Source: a virus
Taxonomy: Duplodnaviria > Heunggongvirae > Uroviricota > Caudoviricetes
Strand: one strand, 5' to 3'
DNA: 64,000 bases
IMG/VR virus record: IMGVR_UViG_3300020048_000032
Location: 83,147 to 147,146 of that record
The notes beneath the pieces were generated by a model, which did no database searches, was not told the DNA's origin, and saw nothing but the letters and a program-made list of their open reading frames with translations. The position numbers and the translations under genes were made by a program. Shown here one piece after another: positions 17,912 through 27,301 of the stretch (position 1 is the stretch's first letter; each line of letters opens with the position of its first letter).

Positions 17912-18904
17912 CTATTTAGTGTACCAAACAGGGGTTCTTATTAGCCCAACAGATTTTGTCATGTCTAGGATATAAGCCTCTGTGTCATCACCTAAATCGA
18001 TAGTACCTTCTAAGTATGCAATACGTACGACCGGAGAATACTCTCCAACGGTGTCACCGTTTACTGCATCGAAAGATTCATAAGGCAATTCAATAACAGC
18101 TTCCTCTAACGAAGTATATTCTGTAATCCCGTCTTGTACAACCAGCTTACCATCATAACTTAATGAAAACTGTTTTGTTTTGTATAAGCCAGAGGCAATA
18201 CCTGTATCTACTGTGTCATATTCTAAATTGCTAGCTTCATCCACTAAACGAACTTCATCCTCATCACTGAATATAAGCACATTAGCATCGAAAGCAGAAT
18301 AACATCCTGCACCCTCGGTTAAGCATTTTGTATTTGTTCTTTTTAGTTTTAACAGAACAGGTTCAATTGCAAAACTGGTTACTCGTAAAAGCGGTTCAGT
18401 TAAAGAGATAGAGCGTAAATATTTTGGTGTGCCCGATACTTCAGGCATAACGATAATAGAGTAATATCCTAATGAGTTCTGTTCAAACTTTAAGAGTCTT
18501 ACTTTGTCCGCTTGGTATGCGGAATAAGGTTCTGATACAATAACTGCAGTCCCAGTGTTATCTATATAGATATATCCAGAATCTACAGATAGAGCTATCG
18601 GTGCTGGTAATGAGTTAACCGTTACTAAAGTTTTAGTATTACTAAAATAAAAAGACCAACCCTCTAGTCCTAATGTTGCACCTGTGCCATCACCAAGCCC
18701 TTGGTTAAAATTAGAAGTAAGCTCTGTGTCAACGCCTGTAACGGTAAAGATAACTTTACCTGGGTCTCCTATGAGGCCCGTAGACTGATTTGATGTTAGT
18801 AAATTTAATATTTCTACATTTTTATTGTAGGCAGTTACTAACTCCGAATTTGTTGTTAGGTTATATATTACCGATACTTGGCTTGTCTTCGTCGATATTG
18901 ACAT
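17912..18904 (-). CDS. Hypothetical virion structural protein
   Basis: ORF track 17912..18946; ATG at 18904 follows GGAGG; beta-rich composition. Confidence 0.6.
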   Translation of the reverse strand: MSISTKTSQVSVIYNLTTNSELVTAYNKNVEILNLLTSNQSTGLIGDPGKVIFTVTGVDTELTSNFNQGLGDGTGATLGLEGWSFYFSNTKTLVTVNSLPAPIALSVDSGYIYIDNTGTAVIVSEPYSAYQADKVRLLKFEQNSLGYYSIIVMPEVSGTPKYLRSISLTEPLLRVTSFAIEPVLLKLKRTNTKCLTEGAGCYSAFDANVLIFSDEDEVRLVDEASNLEYDTVDTGIASGLYKTKQFSLSYDGKLVVQDGITEYTSLEEAVIELPYESFDAVNGDTVGEYSPVVRIAYLEGTIDLGDDTEAYILDMTKSVGLIRTPVWYTK

Positions 18905-19631
18905 TCTTGTCCTCCGTTTCTTCCTCTTCTTCTGGAGGAACTTCATCCAGGTCGTCTAAGTTTACATCTAAGTCTTCTTGTTCCTCAGGTATTTCCTCAG
19001 CAATCTCTGGTTCCTCTACGATAGGCTCCTCAATAATTTCTTCTTCAGGCACGCTATTGTCAGGTAAGATAGGAATATTATTAAATTCTTTATATTTAAG
19101 AATTTCATTTATTAATCTTCTTTGAGCCATTTCTGCCCATTGGGATTCTCTTGTAAGTACTTTTGTTATATGCTTACAGATACCTCCAGCATATCTAGGG
19201 TTAGATTGGTCTGGTGCATAATCGTATCCTCGGATTCGGTCTAGTAATGCAAATCCATATTGCTTGGCTATCCAGTTGAATCTGTATTGATAATCTTCAC
19301 AATCACAGTCAACCAGGATGTCGCCTTCTTCTAATAGAAGTCGGATAGCAACATTTACAATTCGCATTAAGTCCTCTCTGCGGATACCGTCTGCATGTTT
19401 TTCAATTATTTCTGCGGCAACAAGGTCAATAAAATTTTCTATTTCCACATGTTGCTCGTGGTTATGTGTTGTCAATAAGATAACTGCATTGCCCGTCTTA
19501 TAATCCAACGACACAGAGCTGACCTTTGTTGGGCCAAGCTCTAGTCGTCTTTCATATCGTTTTGGCGTATCTTTTTTGGCCAGCTCAATTAATTCTTTTG
19601 AGCTATACTCTAAAAATACTTTTGGTCCCAT
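18861..19631 (-). CDS. SWIM-type zinc-finger protein with acidic C-terminal tail
   Basis: VDCDCEDYQYR...GGICKHI (CxC...CxH). Confidence 0.7.
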   Translation of the reverse strand: MGPKVFLEYSSKELIELAKKDTPKRYERRLELGPTKVSSVSLDYKTGNAVILLTTHNHEQHVEIENFIDLVAAEIIEKHADGIRREDLMRIVNVAIRLLLEEGDILVDCDCEDYQYRFNWIAKQYGFALLDRIRGYDYAPDQSNPRYAGGICKHITKVLTRESQWAEMAQRRLINEILKYKEFNNIPILPDNSVPEEEIIEEPIVEEPEIAEEIPEEQEDLDVNLDDLDEVPPEEEEETEDKNVNIDEDKPSIGNI

Positions 19632-19639
19632 ATTGCCTC

Positions 19640-22405
19640 CTAGTAATTAACTAGCATAAATACAGGCGAGTTATTATCATTATATGTTACTAGATACAAT
19701 GCATTGGCAGTTACTGCCATTTGAGTAAATGCCGTTGTGTATAAAGCTGTTTGTAGATTTACAATGGTACCGACTATTTTAATCTGTGGAGTAGAGCCAA
19801 TGGAGGTTCTTACAGGTCTAAAATAGAAAGAGATTGTGCGGTCTGTAGCTAAGTTAATGTTATCAAAATCATTTGTAGTTATGGTATATACATCACTTCC
19901 ATCGCGGTCTACTTCATATACTTTCATTCCATAGCTAATTAGTTTTCTTTCCGTGCCTTCGTCTAAGTAGATATTTCCATTATCTGTTGTAATAATGAAT
20001 GTTCCGTCTTTAATAAGGCTAGGCATAGTTGAACTTGTAGCTCGTATAAATCTTGCGGTTTTGGTCAAGGCAGTTACAGAAGCTGTTGCAGTAGTTGCAG
20101 TAGTTGTAAACTGGTCACTCGATAAAATAGGAGTCTGGTTATCATCAACCACAACTAATACGTGGTATAGACTACCAGAGTCTAACCCTGTAACAAAGTA
20201 TACATCGGATGTTTTTTCTGTCCAGCTACCTGGTACAGCACTGCCATCTTTATACACTTTGAATTTCCATTTATTTATACTTGTTCTTTGGTTATTTTCT
20301 GTACTTACTCGCAACGTAAGAGTATTAGTAGTAATCCCAGTTGCAGTTACATTAGTAATTACGGGTTTTGTATATAGGGTAGACGAGGTAATAGTAGAAC
20401 TTTCCGTCACATTATTTGTGTTATCCTTAACTCTTAATCTGAAGTTATACGATATACCACTAGTTAGTCCTGCGTATGTATAGTCATCACCAGCTTGGTA
20501 AGCTGTCCAGACAAATGCCCCACCTGTGTATATTCCGAAAGAATAGGTAGTTGTCAGCCCGGCTCCGTGAGTTTCATAAATTTTTAGATACATAGAAGTA
20601 TCTGCGGGAGTAACATCATAAGATGTTATAACTGGCACAGTTGAATATGTTGTAACAGTTAAATTTGATGCCTGTCCGACATCCCCTGTTGAAACAATAT
20701 ATCCGTCTCCATTTGTAACTACAACTTTAAAATCATAAGTAGTGTATTGGGATAACCCTGTGTAAGTGTATGTTGAACTCGCACTACTTGCAGCTAGTGA
20801 AAAATCTGCATCAGCAGGCGCAGTAGTCTTTTTCTGATAGTAATCATAAGTTAAAGTCAAGCTAGACAACGCGGTGCATGTTGCAGCTACACTTACAGTA
20901 GTGGTAGTCTTTGATGAGGAGGTAAAAGTATTAATAAGAGGGGGCGCATCATTAGAACGAAGGTCTACATTTGTTGTTCCATATGTTGAACCATCTCTAC
21001 CTAAAATAGAGAAGGTATACGTATACAAAGTGTAAGGACTTCTTGTTCCCCAAGTTCCAGAAAGTGTGCTGCTGCCGAACGCAGCAGAGGTACCAATAGT
21101 GCCTGTAGATGGTTCATAAGTTAATACTTTATAAAAATCATTGTCATTATTACTTATTTCCATTGAGGTATCTTGTGTATAGATTGTGCTAGGAGAACCA
21201 ATAGCCCCGTTAGTAACAGAAGATAAAATGATATTATCGACTGTGAGCGCAGGAATACTTGGCAGTCTGCCCGCAGCAGTTACTGCAGTTTGTCCAGACA
21301 ATGTACCAATACCTGACAAGGTAAGACCAGACACAAGAGTTACAGTCGGCGAAAGAGAAGTAAATGGTCCCACCGTAATATTAAATGACTCTAGCTTTTG
21401 TGTATTTGCATAAGCTACATTTATTGAAGATAAATTCATTGTCTTCGTAGCAGACACACCGTCTACTGTACATGTTAACCCGCTTATTGTTGCATTAATC
21501 GCCTGGTGATTATACAGCCAGGTTTCAATTGTTAAAGCATAAGTTCCAGTTGAGGAAGGCACACTACTGGCAATATATAAGTAATAATAAGAATTTGCCC
21601 ATGGACTAGGAAATGCATAGGTTGTTCCGACATTCACAGGATTAACAGTTACTACTTCTTTAGTTATTGGCACATCATATTCCCGATAGGCACTTGTAAA
21701 ATAGAAAGATGTCGCTCCACCTGTACAAGACCACCCAAGTTCATACTTGACTTTCAAAGTACCAGGGGAAGTATTTCCCATAGTATTAGATATAGTCTGA
21801 ATTTGTGCGGCAGTTAATGTTGCGGTAAAAGCCGCGGTGTTACCGCTAGCTGTTGCAAAACTAACATTATTTATATAGAAGGTTATTCTGCTTCTCCAAC
21901 CGGTATGTGAAGATGGTTCACTATATGCGACAGGGAACGAGGTAGAAGTATCTAAATTAAATGTATTTCCGTTATTAATTGAATAAGAGAGAACGCTCTG
22001 TAGTGCAGACCCAAATGATATTGCATACTCCGTTGAAGCTATTGACTGTGTATGCACCCCATTATTATAATCGGTTAGATTCGCGTATTCATACCAGGCA
22101 ACAAGCCAGTTAACAACGTTGCTTCCAACATAAGTAGAAGTTTGCATTTTTGTTAAAATCGTGGAGTTACTTATAGTGCCACTTGAACAACTAAACGTTG
22201 GTGTACCTCCAGCATAATATCCGTAATTAGAGGTATATAGTGGGTTAGCAAAATTTCCTTTAACATGTACAAACCCTCGGTAATATCTACCAACGGTAAG
22301 GCCTCCCGTTAAACTAGAAGCGATAGTACTACTATAATAGGTGCTGGTACTAGCATTAGCTAGAGTGTATGCAGCTAGTCCACTAGTAGATTGCGATAAT
22401 GACAT
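19640..22405 (-). CDS. Large Ser/Thr-rich virion protein with fibronectin type III repeats
   Basis: Repeats YTYTGLSQYTTYDFKVVV, YTYAGLTSGISYNFRLRV, YFVTGLDSGSLYHVLVVV are FN3 signatures. Confidence 0.8.
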   Translation of the reverse strand: MSLSQSTSGLAAYTLANASTSTYYSSTIASSLTGGLTVGRYYRGFVHVKGNFANPLYTSNYGYYAGGTPTFSCSSGTISNSTILTKMQTSTYVGSNVVNWLVAWYEYANLTDYNNGVHTQSIASTEYAISFGSALQSVLSYSINNGNTFNLDTSTSFPVAYSEPSSHTGWRSRITFYINNVSFATASGNTAAFTATLTAAQIQTISNTMGNTSPGTLKVKYELGWSCTGGATSFYFTSAYREYDVPITKEVVTVNPVNVGTTYAFPSPWANSYYYLYIASSVPSSTGTYALTIETWLYNHQAINATISGLTCTVDGVSATKTMNLSSINVAYANTQKLESFNITVGPFTSLSPTVTLVSGLTLSGIGTLSGQTAVTAAGRLPSIPALTVDNIILSSVTNGAIGSPSTIYTQDTSMEISNNDNDFYKVLTYEPSTGTIGTSAAFGSSTLSGTWGTRSPYTLYTYTFSILGRDGSTYGTTNVDLRSNDAPPLINTFTSSSKTTTTVSVAATCTALSSLTLTYDYYQKKTTAPADADFSLAASSASSTYTYTGLSQYTTYDFKVVVTNGDGYIVSTGDVGQASNLTVTTYSTVPVITSYDVTPADTSMYLKIYETHGAGLTTTYSFGIYTGGAFVWTAYQAGDDYTYAGLTSGISYNFRLRVKDNTNNVTESSTITSSTLYTKPVITNVTATGITTNTLTLRVSTENNQRTSINKWKFKVYKDGSAVPGSWTEKTSDVYFVTGLDSGSLYHVLVVVDDNQTPILSSDQFTTTATTATASVTALTKTARFIRATSSTMPSLIKDGTFIITTDNGNIYLDEGTERKLISYGMKVYEVDRDGSDVYTITTNDFDNINLATDRTISFYFRPVRTSIGSTPQIKIVGTIVNLQTALYTTAFTQMAVTANALYLVTYNDNNSPVFMLVNY

Positions 22406-22416
22406 AATTAACCTCC

Positions 22417-22962
22417 TCAGTCATCTTTACGATAACGTTTTTTCTTTATACTAAAGTCTTCTAATTTTGCGTTGGTATCATCTTTAATTTGCGTGTTAGA
22501 GACTTCTTCTTTCTTAATTTGTTCTAGAATATCTATTAATTTTTCTGGGACAGGTACTCCTAAAACCACAAAGTTTTCGAGTAGAGAGATACCTTCCATC
22601 CCAATATAAAAATATATAACCATTAGTCTAAATACTAATGATTGATTTCCTACTAATCTATCTAAGCCAACACCCAATCCTACAATTACAAACTGTGAAA
22701 CTTTTCTGATTATGCCCCAATACATAGAGTCGGAGTTTAGTCTCTTTTGTTTGACAGCGCTTAATAATCCTGTTGCGTAATCTAATACAACTAGGCTGAC
22801 CAACATCAATAACGCATAGTCAACACCACCTAGCCAATAAGAAATAACGGTTCCAATTGTAGAAATAGTAACGCTTATTGTCATGCTATAAGAATCGTGA
22901 AAAAGAGTTGCCTTGAACGCTTGTATAAGCCCGCTAAAGTATATCTTAATCATAGCACACAA
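22417..22962 (-). CDS. Holin (toxin-secretion/phage-lysis holin family, Phage_holin_4_1)
   Basis: WLGGVD...LVVLDYATG...EGISLLENFVVLGVPVP..L..ILEQIK. Confidence 0.88.
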   Translation of the reverse strand: MCAMIKIYFSGLIQAFKATLFHDSYSMTISVTISTIGTVISYWLGGVDYALLMLVSLVVLDYATGLLSAVKQKRLNSDSMYWGIIRKVSQFVIVGLGVGLDRLVGNQSLVFRLMVIYFYIGMEGISLLENFVVLGVPVPEKLIDILEQIKKEEVSNTQIKDDTNAKLEDFSIKKKRYRKDD

Positions 22963-23237
22963 TCTCCAAAAGAATATTCGACTAGCATGGAAGTAACATC
23001 ACTAACAATAGCAGATTTAATACTGCAGCAGTCAACAAATAAGTCTTCTGAACAACTTATACATAAGTCTAATTCTTGTGCTGATAAAAACTTAAATGTT
23101 ATTTTTACAAGAGGGTCACATCGGATAATTCTAACCGATTTAATAATCGCGGAGTCCTCTGTTCGTTTTGCCGTATCAATTAAATCCTCTCCTGCGGCCA
23201 AGGCGAGAATTGCTAGCTTTTCTGTTATTTGTTCCAT
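22950..23237 (-). CDS. Hypothetical protein
   Basis: ORF track; AGGAAGG RBS; overlaps the holin start. Confidence 0.55.
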   Translation of the reverse strand: MEQITEKLAILALAAGEDLIDTAKRTEDSAIIKSVRIIRCDPLVKITFKFLSAQELDLCISCSEDLFVDCCSIKSAIVSDVTSMLVEYSFGDCVL

Positions 23238-23260
23238 AATTAATCCTTCCTATCATAGAA

Positions 23261-23296
23261 GCTGTCAGGCGAGCATAGTTACGCCGGCCTGACAGC
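23261..23296 (-). terminator. Long hairpin GCTGTCAGGC...GCCTGACAGC just after the endolysin stop
   Basis: Perfect 10-bp inverted repeat with further inner pairing; only a short T tract follows. Confidence 0.5.
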
Positions 23297-23302
23297 GTAG
23301 AT

Positions 23303-24469
23303 TTATATTTTTTTAATTTGCGTGATTGATACCCAACCCTTGCCCCTAATGTGCACAGGAAATTTGTTTTTATTAAATATGTCGATGATACCTTTTGTTC
23401 GAGGAAAAGACGCCTTAGTTTCACCTGCACCAAAGCTATCCCGGTATAGGTGACCTTCCCAGTAAACTTCATCTCCAACATGAATACTTGTAACTATTTG
23501 ACCTAGAACCCCAGATGGAATTAATAATTTAATTCCGATAGGTAGGATTAGGGGGTTAGGCCCAATCAGTTGCCTGTTAGTTTCATATAAAGATTTCCAA
23601 GAGACATTCTTTTTAATTGCGATGGCTTGAAGGGTATCTCCGCGTTGAGTAATATAATAATTTTTATCTTTTAATGCTTGTATTTCCGCTGCTTCTTTCG
23701 CGGCTTGCGCTGCTGCAGCTTCCTGCATTGCTATAGCTTCTGCATCTTTTCTCGCTTGTTCCGCTAACATAGCCTGACGCTCTGCTTCTAACTTAGCAAG
23801 TCGTTCAGCTTCTAATTTAGCTAACCGGTCTAGTTCTGCCTGTGCTTTCGCTGCATCTTCTGCTAGTTTATCTGCCCAGGTTTTACCTGTGTACGTTTTC
23901 CAGGTACTTAACCCAGGGGTTGTAATGACTGTGCCATTGACACAGAATACATCTGCAGGATTAGCCTCACCACGTAATGCTAATCTACCATTTTCATTTT
24001 TAATATAAGCTGGCTTTACATAAGAGCCTTTAGCAGCTTCTATATGAATGTGGTTTGGGTAAGCAGTAGCAGAAGCAACCCCATTGACGGTTCCATAACC
24101 ACCATACTGGTAGATTGCTTCTCCCTGTTTAAACGTTTTACCTACGGTTAAATTAGATACATCTGAGTCATGAGCTAGAGTAAATATTACATGGCCAATA
24201 TAGCCATCCGCACATTCAACATCAGTTAATGATTCATAGGTAACCCGGTGAGAAGGTTCATTATTATTCTCCACAACCTTGCAAGCAAATGGGGCAAACA
24301 GGTCGTAGCTTTTAAAACTATTCCCACTAAAATCCATTGCCTTGTATCCAGTATGACTTCCGTTCGGTGTGCCTACGGCATACATCTCTTGTGAGACCAA
24401 AAGCCGCGGAAAAGGTAGAAGTGCAACTTCTATCCCATTATAATTAACTAATGTCTGTCCTCTTATCAT
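23303..24469 (-). CDS. Endolysin: M23-like peptidase, Ala/Glu coiled-coil linker, LysM, and C-terminal SH3-like cell-wall-binding domain
   Basis: SHTGYKAMDF...LAHD...NHIHIE; YITQRGDTLQAIA...SWKSLYETNR...ILPIGIKLLIP (LysM); flanked by holins. Confidence 0.75.
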   Translation of the reverse strand: MIRGQTLVNYNGIEVALLPFPRLLVSQEMYAVGTPNGSHTGYKAMDFSGNSFKSYDLFAPFACKVVENNNEPSHRVTYESLTDVECADGYIGHVIFTLAHDSDVSNLTVGKTFKQGEAIYQYGGYGTVNGVASATAYPNHIHIEAAKGSYVKPAYIKNENGRLALRGEANPADVFCVNGTVITTPGLSTWKTYTGKTWADKLAEDAAKAQAELDRLAKLEAERLAKLEAERQAMLAEQARKDAEAIAMQEAAAAQAAKEAAEIQALKDKNYYITQRGDTLQAIAIKKNVSWKSLYETNRQLIGPNPLILPIGIKLLIPSGVLGQIVTSIHVGDEVYWEGHLYRDSFGAGETKASFPRTKGIIDIFNKNKFPVHIRGKGWVSITQIKKI

Positions 24470-24491
24470 AAATACCTCCTTGATAATTCTA

Positions 24492-24842
24492 TTATTCGAT
24501 TGGCGTTATGACTGCTTTAATAGCATCATTTGCCGCAAGCATCTTTTTCATTTCTTCTAAAGCTTCGTCTACCCATTTTGAAAACATTTCAAAAGAAACA
24601 ACTCTAGCAACTAATGGGAAACGGCCAACAAATAGGTCATATACAAAACGTAATTTAAGCATACCTGTGCCTGAGCCTAATTCAAATTCTGCTTGCGTAA
24701 CAGCCCAAAGCATCCATTCTTTAATCTTAGCAATTTGTGCCTTTGTGGGCAAACCTAAAAATAATCTAATAGCGATAACGGCTGCAACTATAATAGCAGC
24801 AACTCCTAAAATGATAAACCAATTCTCAATAATCCAGTTCAT
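24492..24842 (-). CDS. Holin (LL-H-like family)
   Basis: MNWIIENWFIIL single N-terminal TM; WMLWAVTQAEFELGSGTG.LKLRFVYD.F. Confidence 0.75.
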   Translation of the reverse strand: MNWIIENWFIILGVAAIIVAAVIAIRLFLGLPTKAQIAKIKEWMLWAVTQAEFELGSGTGMLKLRFVYDLFVGRFPLVARVVSFEMFSKWVDEALEEMKKMLAANDAIKAVITPIE

Positions 24843-24854
24843 AAATCCCTCTTT

Positions 24855-25124
24855 CTACTCCCTTTCATCTAGGAGTTCTTTTGCCTGTTCGGCTAGTTCA
24901 GTAGGTACAGATTTAAGTAATTTAATTTTATTCTCTGCGCGTGCTTTCCAGTAGTATGCAGCAGATGATGTCCCTAACTGTGCCCATATAGCTAGTACAA
25001 TGGGGCCGAAAGAACTTACATCACTCCCTTGAAAAGTAAGGTAGGCAGCGGTAATAGAGAATGCCACGGCAGTGATATAGACCGCTATTAATATTAACTT
25101 TGAAAACTCAATCTTTTTTATCAT
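24855..25124 (-). CDS. Two-TM membrane protein, holin/antiholin-like
   Basis: EFSKLIL...TM...TM...AYYWKARAENKIK; in the lysis cluster. Confidence 0.6.
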   Translation of the reverse strand: MIKKIEFSKLILIAVYITAVAFSITAAYLTFQGSDVSSFGPIVLAIWAQLGTSSAAYYWKARAENKIKLLKSVPTELAEQAKELLDERE

Positions 25125-25137
25125 ACATCCTCCTTAT

Positions 25138-25476
25138 TTATTTATTTATTTCATTTATCTTTTCCCTAAGCGCTTGTCTCTCCATATGAAGAGAAATAAC
25201 GTTGTAGGGTAGTTCTTTCCCTGCCAACTGATACTCATAGCACTTTATAATCTTGTAATCTGTAGAACTAAGTTGTAATTTAAGTTCTTCCAGTTGTTCT
25301 GGATAATATGGCTCTGTTATTGCCAATAATTCTTCGCTTGGTTGCTCGAGAGGGACATCCCAGACTTTTATATAGGGGCCATAGCCATCATCCATAAGAA
25401 CTATTTTCCTATTGTCCCAGATGGTTTGGTCGGTCAACTCTGGGTATATTCTGATTATCTTATTGTATAAACTCAT
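25138..25476 (-). CDS. XkdW-like tail fibre assembly protein
   Basis: IYPEL...LMDDGYGPYIKVWDVPLEQPSEELL (XkdW pattern) plus LSSTDYKIIKCYE...ERQALREKIN. Confidence 0.7.
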   Translation of the reverse strand: MSLYNKIIRIYPELTDQTIWDNRKIVLMDDGYGPYIKVWDVPLEQPSEELLAITEPYYPEQLEELKLQLSSTDYKIIKCYEYQLAGKELPYNVISLHMERQALREKINEINK

Positions 25477-25487
25477 AGTTTTCCTCC

Positions 25488-26072
25488 TTACGCTATCTTA
25501 GATATGGTCATTCTATTTTCACTGACATAACCACCGATTGCAAGTGATTTATTAGAACCGCTGTTCTGGTATGCACCAAAATATATTATGTCATTTGCTG
25601 CAAGTCTTAGTGTTGTACACCCAACCGCTTTGTCATAATTATCTCGCATTGGAATAAACGAGAAGTCATATTGTGTTGAGTTCTGAAATATACTCACGCC
25701 AGTACGTCCTGTTGTGCCTGTTGTGGCGAATGCAACCATAGCGTCTACCGCGTACAATCCTGCAACCTTACATTGTATTCCATAGCCATTCTGCTCGAAT
25801 ATCGCGGTGTTCGTATTAGATACGACAGTATCTACCTGAACAATGGTATTAGTTGCAGTTGCAATTGTTTGCGCTCTTGCATTATTGTAACATAATATGT
25901 ATGCGCCGTTACCCCCCCCGCTAAGACCATAGTCAAGTAAGCCATTTGCCGCATTTTGTGTAGAAGTAGCTACCATTAGCGTGCCCGCAATTGCAGGTAA
26001 CGTCACAGTTACAGTGCCTCCTTGTGCAAGAGTTGTGGTCCCTATTTTTGTATTTGTTAATAAATCAGCCAT
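25488..26072 (-). CDS. Fibre-tip protein with a C1q/TNF-like domain
   Basis: IVQVDTVVSN...F......CKVAGLYAVDAMVAF...LRLAANDIIYFGAYQ. Confidence 0.65.
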   Translation of the reverse strand: MADLLTNTKIGTTTLAQGGTVTVTLPAIAGTLMVATSTQNAANGLLDYGLSGGGNGAYILCYNNARAQTIATATNTIVQVDTVVSNTNTAIFEQNGYGIQCKVAGLYAVDAMVAFATTGTTGRTGVSIFQNSTQYDFSFIPMRDNYDKAVGCTTLRLAANDIIYFGAYQNSGSNKSLAIGGYVSENRMTISKIA

Positions 26073-26074
26073 GT

Positions 26075-27298
26075 TTATGCCTCCCCTTCTATTAATTTTA
26101 CTACAGTTAAATTTTTTGTAGAATCAATTGTTACCGTTGTACCTTCTATTATTTTAGGAACAGTGAGTATGCCTGCGCTTGTCAAAGTTATGTCTGTTCC
26201 GCTTTCAACGAGTTTGCTTAATACCCTCATATGTAATGAAGAATCAAACGACAACACCACTGGCGCACCTAGCATTGACGCGTCAATTGTTAATGTTGTA
26301 GCTGTCCCAGTACTGTCTGTGGTCCCATATGTTTCAGTCGTTACCGATGCCCAGATTGTTCCCGAAGTACTTGGTAATAACGCATTTAATATTGCAGTTC
26401 TTTCTGTTGCACCTATGGTAAAATTACCGCTGGCGGTCACGCTCGTCTCAGTTCTTATTAAAGTATCAACTGCACTTTTACGGGTATATAGATTCACAGT
26501 GTAAGTTAAGGCCTTAGGCTCCGTTAGTGTAAACGGAATAGTTGTTGTAGAACTATACAGAGTAACATTACTTATTGCAATTGTTGCTAAGTCATATAAA
26601 TGATAGATAATACTTCCAGTCTTATCTAATTGATAAGATGAAGTAGTTCCGGTTAGAGATAAGTCCTCATAGTCTGCAGTCCCATCATTGAACTGGGTTA
26701 CTAATTGTAACCTAAAATCAGCGGGACTTAATAAATCCATCTCCGCAACTATTGCATCATGATAACCAAGTGCATCTATATCTGTATTAGAACTTGTAGT
26801 ATACCCATATCGATTAAATACAAGTACCCAGGTCGCAGACGTATGATTATAAACATATCCTTTTAGTCTAGCATAAAATGCTGCATTGGTTCTGCTCCAG
26901 CTGGATGTTAAAGTATTACCAGTAGTGTTGTCCATAATCCATTCACGACCACCGGTAGTACTTGGTTCAGTTAAAGTGAATCCTGTCAACCTATAATTGA
27001 CCGTGAGCAGCCCACCTGTCTTGTCTGAACTTGAAATAACCGTATCGAATTCAGTCATGTCTTTTACTCTAAAAGTAACTGCCCCAGTTCTAGTAAAGCC
27101 AGCAGCCGCGTTATAGAGGGCAGAGGCAGAATATGTCACAGTAATTGGGGAAGTAAGCCCGGCGGTTGCCGCTATTTCTGTCCCATTAACTATTATGGAT
27201 GCAATAGCATATGCACCTGTTCTGCCAGTAAATGTTAGAGAATAACTTAGCGTTGTATCAATAATATTCGAGTTAGCATTTGTAATTAAAATTGCCAT
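26075..27298 (-). CDS. Virion structural / tail fibre-associated protein
   Basis: Thr/Ser/Gly-rich beta-strand composition; fibre cluster context. Confidence 0.6.
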   Translation of the reverse strand: MAILITNANSNIIDTTLSYSLTFTGRTGAYAIASIIVNGTEIAATAGLTSPITVTYSASALYNAAAGFTRTGAVTFRVKDMTEFDTVISSSDKTGGLLTVNYRLTGFTLTEPSTTGGREWIMDNTTGNTLTSSWSRTNAAFYARLKGYVYNHTSATWVLVFNRYGYTTSSNTDIDALGYHDAIVAEMDLLSPADFRLQLVTQFNDGTADYEDLSLTGTTSSYQLDKTGSIIYHLYDLATIAISNVTLYSSTTTIPFTLTEPKALTYTVNLYTRKSAVDTLIRTETSVTASGNFTIGATERTAILNALLPSTSGTIWASVTTETYGTTDSTGTATTLTIDASMLGAPVVLSFDSSLHMRVLSKLVESGTDITLTSAGILTVPKIIEGTTVTIDSTKNLTVVKLIEGEA

Positions 27299-27301
27299 AG
27301 A

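Noticed and set aside
23176-23481. Minus-strand ORF spanning the endolysin 3' end, the hairpin and the next gene
   Set aside because: It overlaps two better-supported genes in other frames and crosses a terminator-like hairpin; no RBS or recognisable motif.
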